Source: Takakia lepidozioides
Lineage: Eukaryota; Plantae; Bryophyta
Assembly (NCBI GenBank): GCA_030704615.1
Contig: CM060733.1
Span: forward strand, 65,968,001 to 66,032,000
DNA: 64,000 nucleotides
Direction of reading: 5' to 3'
The position numbers were made by a program, and so were the translations under genes. Below the pieces are notes generated by a model. The model had not been told where the DNA came from. It did not search any database and saw only the letters and a program-made list of their open reading frames with translations. Position 1 is the stretch's first letter. Each line of letters starts with the position of its first letter. Below are positions 33,685 through 45,798 of the stretch, one piece after another.

Positions 33685-35577
33685 GTAGTCCATGTGGCAA
33701 TCTGGTCGAAGCTACTTTCCTATGGTGGATCATAGCAATGTCCACGTTAAAGGAGGTTGGCAGCATTTTGCACGACGTTTCCATGCTTATCAGATTGTTT
33801 CCATCCGCGTTATCCCAATGTTGTGCCTCAGCTCTGTGGCTCCTAAAATGCAGGCATGTCCAAAAAATGGTAAAGGGCTTGACAATTGACTTCGGGGCCT
33901 CAAAGCCTCTGTGATATGGACGAAGCTTCCAGCCTACGGAGCTAGAGAACGGGGGTACCACCAGAAGAGGTTGGCCACTCCTGCAGAGCTACCACTTCGT
34001 GCCTACTTGTGAGGGCTGCTGTCGGCAATACATTGTAATTTCTGAAATATTACCGACAGGTAAACAGCCTTTTTGTCCAATTTGCAATGATGAAACTGCA
34101 ATGTCCAAGGTGCACACTCAAGGTGGAGGTATTTCAGTAGGTTTCCTCTTGATTTACAGTGTTACCTGCCGCAGGTGCTGATCTAAAGCTCAACACTTAT
34201 TTTTGTAGTCTGATGCCTGAGAATTGAATGAAAGCACTGAGTTTTTAGCACTTAGATGCTGAAAGTCTAGCCAGAGCACTGTTGACCGTGGTTTTAGTTT
34301 TTGACACCTGGCTTAAACAGTTCTGCAATGGTAGGTCTACAAGGTTGTGGAGGGATGGCCTGGAAAGGTTGAATCACTTGAGCACTGAGGTGTACTGTAA
34401 CATATTTTTTGGTCAAAAGTGTGATGATGCTGACCAAGCTCAGAATGTATACATGATGCCTTTTTGTACCTCCTCGACACATTAGTCAAGAGTCCTTTTG
34501 TATACATTTGTTGGGTGCACTTTCACTTGCTTATTGGTTCTCTTGGTGTCCCAGAGAATGATTTATAAGTCACTTGTTGGAATGTTATATGTGAGTGTGG
34601 TATGTTGAAGTATACAAAAGCATTTCATACCTGTCACAGTGCTGGCATGTGTCTGGTGGTTCATAATTGTTTGAGGAAAAACTTCAACAGCGTCGCTTCC
34701 TGCATGCAGTTTCCTTGCCATTTTTCTTTTGGGGTGCAATGGGTGACCTTGTTCAATGTTTTAGTTGCAACTTCGAGGAAAATGTACTGTGAAATGTGCC
34801 AGCCACCTGCCATTGTCGCGAAGTCTAGGTGATAGCCCTGAATCAAATCAACAGTGTGGAGTGCAATGTAAAATAAGTGGAAAGTGTGGAGCAAACATGG
34901 CACACTGGTTGCACGTGAGAAATTGTCCAGATGTGCCATGAAACTGCTTCTTTGCATATCTTCCTCTGTGAGGATGTCTTACATCATCTTTCTCCTGGTG
35001 TTTTGGGCAGTAGCAAAGCTTCTTTATATATTTGAAAAGATGATTGGTCCTGAAGAGTGACGTCCTAAGGTTCTTTTAGGAGAGATACAACCCTGATCTT
35101 CTCTCAAAAATCTCGGTGAACAAATTGTTCTTCTGAGTGTCATCCCTTCTGCTGCATATTCAACTGACACAGTATAGATTGCGAGTAGGGAGCATCTAAG
35201 TACTTCATCTGTCTGGTGGATCTCTCCAACTTCACATGGATGTTCAGTCTCTGTGTCTATGGTTGAAGAACGACAGGCAGTTATACTTCAGCCTAACAAA
35301 GGCATTGTTTGCTGAAAACTCCAACTCTGTAATGTGGGAACAGGCAAAGATTTTAAACCCAATCTTTACAGTCGGAGTCCTAGCCTTTTAGCAATTGGAA
35401 GTGTGGCCATTTTCTTCTTAAAAGTTTCTGGATGCACCTAGCACATGAACATTGCTTGGCTTTTTCGAGAATAATTCCGAACAGTTCAGTAAAAGAAGGT
35501 TAGCTGATGATGGGAGTACTAACTGACAACAAGTGTTTCAAGGAAGGAGTTTTCTTTTTAATAAATTGTACTAATAG

Positions 35578-36200
35578 CTTGAACTGAAGTGAGAGAGCTG
35601 GGAGAGTATGACTTGGTGTTTTTGGAGGCTCTGAATGACAGGCTGGGAGAAGGTGAGGAGCATGAAGAGGAAGATGAGGAACCCCATTTTGTGCTCTCTG
35701 ATGAGTGGGCTCATTTTTTCAGAAGATCTGAAGCGAAAGCTTGCCGACAAGAAAGTTTGCATAGTCTCTCTCTCTCCCTCTCACTATATTATTAAGTACA
35801 AGGCCCCTGCCCCCCACGAAATCGTCCACAGAGACTTTCTATCTTTGTGATGCACCGTGGTTGTTTTGTCTGTGCACTTGTGATCAGTACATGGTGGACT
35901 GTTCCCAGATAGTAGCGGTGGCAATTTCTTGGAGCTAGAGCTGTGGAAGAGTGTATTGTAGCTGTATTGAGGAGTTAGTTATGTTCCTTATTTCTGTCTC
36001 CAGGTCTCGTCTGTAGGCGATCCCATGCTATAAGACGAGAGACCAAAAGTCCCCAGGTGTCCTGTAGAGAATAATGAGAGCTGTACTTTTACTGAAAGTT
36101 AGTTCCCTTTGGCAGGGAAGCGGCGGCAGCAAAAGAAAGATGTGACAGCCAGTAAGGCCACAAAGCAGCCAAACTGGAACTCCAAGATGTGGGATCTCAT
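35578..36200 (+). other. Possible exons of a small acidic host protein or gene remnant
   Basis: Acceptor-bounded segment encoding EEEDEEPHFVLSDEWAHFFRRSEAK, and a second acceptor at ~36115; one in-frame stop. Confidence 0.3.
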
Positions 36201-36839
36201 TGATGTGCTTCAGTCCTCTGAGACCACGTCTTTGGCACCATCAAAGTGGAGATCAATCAGTTTAACTCTATTGCAGATATGACCAGTTCAACAATAGATC
36301 CAGCTCGAGACTCTCTTCTTGTAGTTCTGTCCAATGACCTGCAAAGTTTGAGAGATGCAGGCAATGGTGATGGTGCCGGGATAAGAGTGTTTTGTGTGCC
36401 GATTCTGCGCCGGATTTGCTAGTTTGATTTGCTCTTAAGTGGCTGGCTTTCTTGATAGACCTCTCCTTCCTCACTTCTTCATTTTTCTGGCGCCTTCCTC
36501 CTACTATCTTCTTGCCAAACTTTCACTATATAACAACACTTGCTCTGCGTTTCATTGTTACGCTGCTATTGTGAAGGACTCTATTGTACTCTGTGTTGCG
36601 TCTCCTATGAAGAGAAAGTTTGGCGTAAGTGTCATGCTTTGAAATCTAATGTTTTGAGTGATGTGAGTAAACACAATGTGTGCAAACTCTAACCCAAAAG
36701 TTGTCAGTCATCCTTCTTTTTCGCTTGGGGTAGGTGATCTTGGTTCACTGCGTGAACTTAAGTCCCCTACGCTTGTCCATTGTCTGCTTCAAACTAAGTT
36801 CAGAATATCTATCAGACGATTCTTGCTTCTGAGATTGAG

Positions 36840-37190
36840 ATGGAAGCAAAGTCTCTTGATTCAGACCAAGAAGTCGATCATTATGATGATTTTTTGTCTT
36901 CTCTTTTGGAGGTGACTGATGATACGGATCAAGTAGAGTGTGAAATATTATCAGAAAATAATGAATCAGTTTATGCTACACTTGAAAGTCATATGGAATC
37001 CACTGTTGCTATATCTAGGAGGGTAGCATTGAGATTTAGAGAAATTGATCCCAATGAAGCGGGAGGTTGGCGGGAACTGCCTCCAAGTTCCATCGCATGG
37101 AGCTATTCATTTCATTCCTCCTCCTTTGATAGATGACAATTTTTTTGCATCACCAGATCTACTTTTAGATAGACAATATTATTGCTCGAG
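36840..37190 (+). pseudogene. Possible PIF/Harbinger nuclease N-terminal remnant
   Basis: Acidic leader then WRELPPSSIAW...FDR*QFFCITRSTF, loosely like the W..RS..W...D..F...FR..R.TF start of Harbinger nucleases. Confidence 0.25.
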
Positions 37191-37688
37191 TCAGAGAAGC
37201 ACTGTGCAGTAGTAGTGTTGTTACAACTTCCAGTATATTGGTCATCACTCGGGAAGTTTGATGAATTGCACCATAAATCTAACTGTTGCAGACATTGCTT
37301 GTCCGAGTGAGTTTCTCAAGGATCAACAGTGAGAATAGAGTAGACTTTTGTTTTGAACACTTAGTTATCTGCATCCAGATATTCAGCTATTTGAGCAAAT
37401 GATCTCGAAATCCAATCAGAAATTTGATTTTTTAGCGATTTCATTCTGTCCGCAAGATATGCAGCAACTGAACAAAGAAAGACAGAACAGTATTTAGAAA
37501 AGCTCGTTATGGATATTCTAGTGACAACTGAAGGTTGGAGACTAGTTTTAGTGTAGAGCGGGGATAGGATGCCATAGTCCCACATCACTATCGTCATTTT
37601 AAAAATATATATATGCCCTAATATATATTATACTGAAATATGAAAATCATTTTTTTTCAAATCTGATCTAATATTGCCTTTTTTCCTC

Positions 37689-38590
37689 TCTTTTTATTTT
37701 TATTTTTATTTTTGTTACAGAACAGGGGACAGTGGCCCTGATTAACTTTATTTGATATTATTGTGGGGGAAAAATTTAAAACCCCTGGTGTAGGCACACA
37801 CACCGTAGTCAGTGAAGCCGGGAGCCATACCTCTCAGATAGAGAGAAAGAACTAGTGGTAATGACTACACTATCTGAAAACATCACTATCCTATCAAAGA
37901 AGCAACAACCCACAAGAGGCGAGGAAGATTATCATAATGAGGCTTGATCTCAAAAAGAAATGAGAAAGTCATGGCAAGAGGTTTGACATGGACCTTTCCC
38001 AATGCGGAACTACTCTATCTATAATGAAGCCGCGAGGCTTTAGTGGTTGGTTTCAAGTGCTTCCAATTGATGTCTCGCTCAAACTTTGGGGATGTTGTAG
38101 AGGGTTGCACGGTGATCACGCCAGCAGGGGGGAGGGAGCTCGGTCTAGGCACAGATGTCCAAGATGAGCTGTTGCAGATAAGACCGTGTTTGCCCCAAGT
38201 GTCTTGGAAGGTAGCATGAATGGTTGCTGCGTTCCTCGGGTTCCGCTTGATATCTGCACATGTTTTACACCAAGCTTTTCTTGACTCCACCCCCAGATCA
38301 TAGTAAACGTTAGAGAGGAGGGCAGAAATGGTGGAGGTATCTTCTGGGAATGCTTTTTTGCAACGAGCCTTCCATAAGTGCCAAAGAGTAGAGCTCTGGA
38401 GGGTCTCGAATACTGGACAGTTTAGAGACCTTTGCTTGGTAAGTTGATCATAGTTAAGAAGAACATCTGTAGATGAGAGATGTTTGTGATTCCAGTGGCG
38501 GTAAAAAACTCTCACCAGAGGCCAAACTTTGGCTGGAGCATGACAAAAAAGAAGGCAGTGCTCTATAGACTCCATGATACTTGCTACACA
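37689..38590 (-). mobile_element. 5'-truncated L1-type LINE (zf-RVT tail, 3' UTR, A-rich tail)
   Basis: ESIEHCLLFC...VW...LWHLWKARCKKAF; (TTTTTA)n at ~37689-37713 is the tail on the minus strand. Confidence 0.75.
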
Positions 38591-39143
38591 ACAATCACAT
38601 ATGAGAGCAGCCTAGAATTGTAGCATTCACCCAATTTAAGCACTCTATTGACCACCTCCTAGAGAAACGTTGCAATATTTGTCGGGCGTATTTTGTACAA
38701 ATGAGGGGAAGAAAATATTGGGTCCAAATGACTTCTATTCACTCTCAAATTTTGCGCACACATTGCATATGCTATCATAAAGCATGTGTTTTGAGAACGG
38801 AATTTAAAAAAAATCATGTGCAGACGAAACGCAGTTTTATGTCTCTAAAACACGTAGATGCGTTCAACACTTGAATGACCCATTGAATGAACTTGATTCA
38901 AGCTCATATTTGGTCTACATGCGCTTAAGTATGTCCAGATCACATATGCAAAGTCGCAAAAGATGAGCAACGTTAAGAAATATGCTCATCAACAGTGCAT
39001 GAACTTTAAGAGAACTCAACTTTGGAGTGCAAATGAGGGAAGAAAATATGGTTTTGGGTGCAGATGATGTCTGTTCACTGCCAAATTTTGCATGCACATT
39101 GCACATGTTGTCATTAAGCATATGGTTCAAGAATGAAATAAAA

Positions 39144-41930
39144 TTATTTCCTCAACAGACTCTGGAATGTAAAGACGCTGCAAAGTTTTCCTCGGGATAC
39201 AACAAAGACGAAAATGTCCAAAATCGGCTTTCTATTCTGTAGTGGAAGGTCATCCTCCAAGGTCTCTACAGACATGTCAACAGTAGTTGAGGGCACTCTT
39301 TGTCCACCTGCACCTTCAGGGCGCCTCGGTGTGGTGTGGAGGTTCATGTCAGACCTCCATGAATGAAGGTGTTCCTCGTCTTGTAAGTTGCCGAGAACAA
39401 TCTTCCGCTTCGTTGTCCGAGTGAGAAGGTCACCCTCCAACCCCCCTGGATTTCTACCATGGAGAGGAGTGCCCTCCACAAAACTTCTTACCGCCTCAGC
39501 CACGGATTCAAAGGATCTGAACACCGCGCTACCGCCCGTGTTAGTAATTGTTGCCGGTCGGGACCAAAACCCTGTGCACCACCCTTCAGATAATTGTGGT
39601 ACGACGATGATTGCATATTAGCCCTTGTCATGTCGTCTTTGTTGGCTGTGTAGAGGTCCACTTTCAAGACACCACTCCCGGCCTGCCAGCTCGCATGCAC
39701 GGACTCAGACATGTTGACATTTGGCATTGCTGCATCGTCCTCCAGATCCAATCCCTACAGTCACATCTCTAGCGGCATCAAGACAAGGTATGCGTGGCCA
39801 ACAAAAAAGCCCAAATCTGAAGATGAGGTCCATCAAAATGATGAACTGTAGTTATCGGTATCGACTATAGCCATCGAATGCTTCAACACCCTAAACCTAA
39901 TCTTAAAGTCGGTGCAAACTATAAGCAGTCCCTAATAGTGCCATCTCCTACGCTATACTAGGTGCAGATTACACAATGAATGTTTTGCAGAAGTGAGCTG
40001 AACTTCATGCGAGCGCAACCAATATCAAGCAACACATTTAGGAGTACTTTGGCCGGAGACCTTATATTATAGTCGGCGCAGACTATAAGCCACAATAGTG
40101 CCAATCCAACCGATTCGGGCATATGAAGGAGTATTTTCGACATGTACTCTTATAGTCGTTGCAGACTATAAGCAGTCGACAGTACTGCCATCTGCTACGT
40201 TATAGTGGGTGCAAACTATACAAATGAATGTTCTATTGGAGTGAGTTCAACCTCATGTGATCAGAGCCAACGTCAACACATGGAGGTGCAATGTGGAAAC
40301 CTTACATCATAGTCGGTGCAGACTATAACACCAAATATTGCCATTCCAACCGATTCCGACATCTGCAATGCTATAGTCCGTGCAGAATACACAAATAATG
40401 TTCTGCTCATGTTTCCTAAGGTTCACGTCAGCGGAGCCACTATGAAAGTAATCTTTAGCTCATGTGAGCGGATGTACATCCGCTCACTGATACTTTTACA
40501 AAGTGAACACCCAATGTTCCCGATGGACCCGTAATAGTCGGTACAGACTATACAATCCAGGCTTTGCTCTCGTGAGAAAGCCGAAATAAGTGGGCGTAAA
40601 AAGACATTGCATGCAAAAACTGAATTCTTACATTGCGAACATAGCCTCCAAGTTGATAGTAGCGGTATGTCCACCAAGAGAGCCAGCTCTCCAGCGCGGG
40701 AACATCCTCATCTCGAGCGGCACCTGAAGACGACCAGCATGCTCGAATGGCCAGAAATGAGACCTCTGCTTCCGCCTCTGTATTTGCTGCTCTCCACTTC
40801 GTACAAAGTTGAACATGTGCATGTTGGAGGTTTTCAGAGATGTATTTTTTGGTCCACTTCTGGAGACTCTGACCCCAGTGGAACCCACATGTTCTCTCAC
40901 GATCGGGCATCGGTTCCCCGCCTCCATACACTTGACGAACAACAACCCAATTGGCATTTGCATTGTCAGCCATGAATCCCCGAAATTGCGGTCGCCCCTT
41001 CTCTGCTCGCAACATCTGATCATTGATGCATTCCCACATGATCTTTTTTGATTCTGTATCCTCACATTTCATTTCGCAAATTGCGATCGTCATGAGCTTG
41101 CAAAAATTCGGATGATACACGTGACAAGCCATTGTACTCCATCCGTTTATTCGCTTCACATTGTTGAACATAATCCAGCTCCTTCCTAGCTCCCCCCCGA
41201 GACGCATCATGTCTACCAGATGGACTCCACAGCCCTTTCCAATGGTTGACATTTTGAATATGAAACATCTCTCATCCACACTCCCTTGCCCTGGGAACGG
41301 CTCCCGTGGAAATAGTCATACCCGCTCCACTTTTTCATTGTCAGCAAAACTTCTACTTCACTCCTAAGCCCCATTTCTGTTTTTTTCTTCTTTGACTCGT
41401 ACCGAACACCACATTTGCCCACGGCACCGACCTCCTCCACCAGCTCCTTGAATTGCTCATCATCAAGCTTCCATCTCTCAGTTGCACCTTGCGATAACAC
41501 CTTGTCCATGGCAATGGACTGAGCAGCAGACAGTTGGACTGATTTTGGCCTTGTAGAGGGTGACCTATGGATTTGCTCAGCAAGTGCTGATTTCGCTTTC
41601 GCAACTGCTTCCCTACATGCTCCAGGAGCAGATGGATGTGAATGATTGCCCACATGCACGGCTGCTTTGGTCATCATTGGTGGTCCTATCACGTAGAACA
41701 TTTTGGCACGGCACGGCAGGTGTGCATGCATGTAGGTGCATGGTCGCAGTGAGCCCAGACGAAGGTGTTCGGGGGCACTTGACTTTGTGGTTTGAACTGA
41801 CCATCGTAATGCCCCATCCAGTGAATCTCGTTGTGGGTGCCCTCCCTGAGGAAGAATGGGCACGTTCCGCAGACACATCTCAGTGCACCAACACAGTATA
41901 CATACCTGCAATGACAATGCGAGTCAGTGG
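39144..41930 (-). pseudogene. Decayed paralog of the MULE-clan transposase
   Basis: FIFKMSTIGKG...TMACHVY...FMADNANAN...RERTCGFHW...PNVNMSESVHASW match the 1197-aa ORF; same intron position, expanded (~39755-40631); frameshifts and deletions. Confidence 0.88.
39845..40555. repeat. About 9 copies of the palindrome TATAGTC-N6-GACTATA within the transposase intron
   Basis: For example 40069, 40151, 40201, 40309 and 40533 (TAGTCGGTGCAGACTATA). Confidence 0.75.
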
Positions 41931-42399
41931 ACGGGGGGCTGCTATTTCATGGGCCATGAGCCATGAGCGGCATGAGCCATGAGCAGACTCGTAACTGTCG
42001 AAAAAACCATGAGCAGGAAATTTTTCAGAAATGATTGTCCACGGGAATAGGGTTTATTAGGGTGTCACGGTCATAGGGGGACAAGGACCTCTTGATGAAG
42101 GAGGTTGGGCAATGTTTTATAGAATTACATATTGAAAGGCAATGTTTTGCGAATGGTAGGGTGGTACTGCTCAGTATAATGGGTGCCCATTACAGCCTAC
42201 TAGCCACTTCCAAAATCCACCCCCACTCCCAATCCCAAACGATATGACGAATGATGCATTGTGAGAACGATGGATGCAGAATAGAACAAAAAGGAGGGCA
42301 CAATGGGGTTTTTATTGATCCACATGAATTGCATTTGAAGCACATCTATTGTGCTGATGGTGCAAACAAATCTATAGCCCTATGCCTTTTGAATACAAG

Positions 42400-43350
42400 T
42401 CACATTGTCAACGGAACTTCGACTGCTCTGAAAACTAGCTCATGAGTCATCGGGCTCCTCCAGGTAAACTGGATTGCAGCCATTGTACTGCCCCTGTTGA
42501 TGTTCACCACAATGTCGTGCCCTTCAATCATACCACCATCAAATATGGAAAGCTTCATTTTTTCGTCCTCCCCACCAATGCGAATGTCCCCATATAATGG
42601 AGAAGAGGAGTGCACTCCTTCAGGAGTATACGTCCCCCCGATGGAGTCCACCCAGTTCCACTTGCAGCAGTTCCACCGCAACAGCATAGCAATGCGCATT
42701 CTTCTGCATGGGTGCACGCCGTAGCTGGGAAAATCGGAATCAAGGATGTGCAGGAGCCATGGACTCCTCAGACCAAGATCGTCACGCCGCTTGAAGGCGT
42801 AGTGGCCCGGCATGTACTCAAAAGCTGACAATGTTTCCACATTCGGCCCACAATCTTTTGTGAAAATTGTGTGCCAGATAACGATGTCTCCCGATGTGGC
42901 CGTATACATTGCATAATCGAAGCCTCCATAAGGGCAGTCGTTGTGTTCTGCAAGCATGACATCCTTGCAAAGGAGGCCCGGAGGAAGTGTGTGTTGTCGA
43001 TGACAATGACCTTGCAGACAACAACAAAGCCCTTTGATTTTCCCCCTGATGACAAGCGGAAGAGCACTGCCGGCTCCAATAATGGAGGAACTGGGTCCCA
43101 CCTCCCAGCCTGTCATCGTGTAACGCGTTCATTACACCAACGGCGGATGAACCGCTTACTCAAACTCATCCACAGGGAACAATCGGCCACCTGCCACCGA
43201 AGTCCATCCCCCCGGATGGAAATTCGGCGCCGCATTTACATCGTAGGGGAGATGGATGAAGTCGTCTCGAGGGGGCGATAGGCCCACCTGGCACTTACGG
43301 CCCATAGTTTGCATGGCACGGATGGAAACTGAAACGGCTACATTCATGGA
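42400..43350 (-). CDS. RWNCC-family cargo protein, copy 2 (5' part frameshifted or spliced)
   Basis: LLCKDV...DCPYGGFDYAMY...SGDIV...PWLLHILDSDFP...MLLRWNCCKW...YGDIRI...FDGGMIEGHD...QFTWRSPMTHELVFRAVEVP. Confidence 0.72.
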
Positions 43351-43403
43351 GCCGCCAATTTTCATCCGTGCAACTTCCTATAAGGGGGGAATTTAAATGT
43401 GCC

Positions 43404-44973
43404 ATGGAGCCTGAGGAATTGCACCGTTTGCGAACTCATTGTAATCTCCTTGCACAGCTTCCTGCCTCCGCGCTGCTTCCTCCATCCAGAGGCTGTTGTC
43501 ATTCAGTGTCCTCCGCTACTCTTTTGCAAGGATGTCGTGCCGCCGCAATCTTGCTGACTGCCCTTATCATGGCCACGATTATGCGATGTTCAAACCGAAA
43601 TCAGGAGACGTCATTATGAGCTATGTGCATCAAGATCATCGCCACAATGCAAGCATGCATGGTACCCTTTGGTGCTTAGCCCCGAGCAAACAGTTAGTCC
43701 TGTCTGTTTTCACTGACGCTTCTGGAGTCAATTTGCTAGGCTATGCATGCATGCAATTACAGTGTACCAGGGTATGTCACTTCTCACGGGGCAAGGAAAG
43801 AAATAGGCTAAGGGGTTGGAGAAGGGAATTAAGGGGCGCAGACAGCAAAGACCACAGACTGGGAGGGAAGAGTAGAGAGGTAGGAAAAAGCAGTAGGGGG
43901 AGGGTGGAGCAATGTAATAGTGGCTCTTTCTCATGCACAAGAGGCTGGCCCACAATGCTCGTACCCCCAACCGTTCCCCAACTTCAACTGACGTTTTCTT
44001 CATCTTCACTTGGACAGGTTCAGAAGCAAACAAAGGTAGACCAACAGTACACATTCACACACGGCAAAAGCTTGAAGCTGTGCGTTGGAATCCAGCAAAT
44101 CAAGATGAGGTATATTGAGCATCGAATCCAGCAACAAAGCAAGTTACATAAAGATGGCACACAATTTTGATTTTAGTGCATCTTTATGTTGATCTCATGC
44201 ATGTACACCTGAATGCTGAGGCGCAGCAATATGCATGTAAATTTAGCAGGTAAGGGTGTACTCATACCGTTGCCTGCGAATTTTGGCTTGCCACAGCTTT
44301 ATGGCCATCGACCTGGTTGGAAACTAACCCTCCCCGAGCCTTTCGTGGTTCCACACCCACCAGGGTTTAGCTTATCCCCGCAACTTAGCTGCAGGATAAA
44401 CTTAATTTCCCACAACTGCCATTAAGGTGCTTGCAGAGGCACTTGTCTACATGCAAACTTGACAGCCGATATAGCAGGTAAGGGGGATAGACTGGCAAAG
44501 TCTTGGCAGGAAATATGGGAAAACGGGATGTGGGGCTGGGTGTGCGCACAATGGAATATTTGGAGGACTATTACCGCTTTGAGCGAGGTGAGGGTGAGGG
44601 TCAATGCGGTCCGTGGGTGCTGCAAATTGTTGACCTTGATATACCCAGCTGGAATGGGAAGCCGGACAGATCATGCACGGCCATGCTTTGGCGCTGGAAC
44701 TGCTGCCAGTGGACCAGGGAGGACTGCACCGGCGAGAACTTTATTTGTGGAGTTCACTGCGCTTTTCCAGTATATGGAGACATTCGCCTGAGTTGCAAAG
44801 ACGAATCGCACGGGCATATGAGGCCCACAGTGACCCTGTCAATGTATGATGGTGGTATCATTGATGGGCATGACCACCAAGGGCACTAGAACGACCGCAA
44901 TGCATTTTACCTGGAGGTGCCGCGTCACTAATGAGCTTGTTTTGAGGGCTATCGAAGCTCTGTCGACTTGGTG
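43404..44973 (+). pseudogene. RWNCC-family cargo protein, copy 3, interrupted by a ~0.87-kb insertion (~43620-44490)
   Basis: DCPYHGHDYAMFKPKSGDVI before the break; PWVLQIVDLDIP...MLWRWNCCQW...YGDIRL...YDGGIIDGHD...HFTWRCRVTNELVLRAIE after it. Confidence 0.72.
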
Positions 44974-45245
44974 ACGCCCATGTAGAAGGCGGAAGGGTTT
45001 TAGACTTGTTTGGACTTGCTTAATGTGAGACACCGTGTTCAATCAATAAAACAACCCATCGTGCCCTCACTTTTGTGTACTGTGTTTCCTTGTATTCTAT
45101 GAACTGCTGTTATTGGCCCACTGTTCAGAATTTGTGGTCTCATTTGTACTATGTCTCTCTCCACATCAATCGCCAGAAGAGCGATATCAGAGTCATGAGG
45201 TCGAGGAAATGCGTCTTTGCATAAACGGAAAGATGTACATGCCCA

Positions 45246-45798
45246 AGTAATGCGGCACCGCATTTCCTTTGTTCCCATGCATTGATGTCCGGCTTCAACT
45301 CCACTGTGTTGGTCGCAACGGAAATGTGGCGCCGCATTCCAGTCTCCACAATGGAAATGCCTTTGTTGACATGGCATTTCCATACTTCGAATTGGGAATG
45401 CGGCACCGCATTTCCATATCCGACATAGAAATTTCGTTTTCGACATAGGTATGCGGCACCGCATTTCCGTTGATCACAATGGAATGTGTTGCCGCATTTC
45501 CGTGCAAGGGTCAGGAATTGGACAAACTTCCATATCCAAAATGGAAATGCGGCACCGCATTTTCATATCCAACATGGAAATAACGTATTGCACATAGGAA
45601 TGCGGCACCGCATTTCCGTTTAGCGCAATGGAATGCGGTGCCGCATTTCCGTGCAAGGGGCAAGAAATGGACAAACTTCCATGTCCCAAATTGAAATGCG
45701 GCACCGCATTTCCGTTCGTCCATGCGATTTGGGATGTCCAAAACAAGAAATGGAAAATTGTTGGTGTCCCGCTTATGGAAATGCGGTGCCGCATCTCA
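45246..45798. repeat. Array of about 10 palindromes GGAAATGCGG(CA/TG)CCGCATTTCC
   Basis: Copies near 45248, 45320, 45394, 45448, 45481, 45543, 45597, 45630, 45692 and 45777. Confidence 0.92.
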
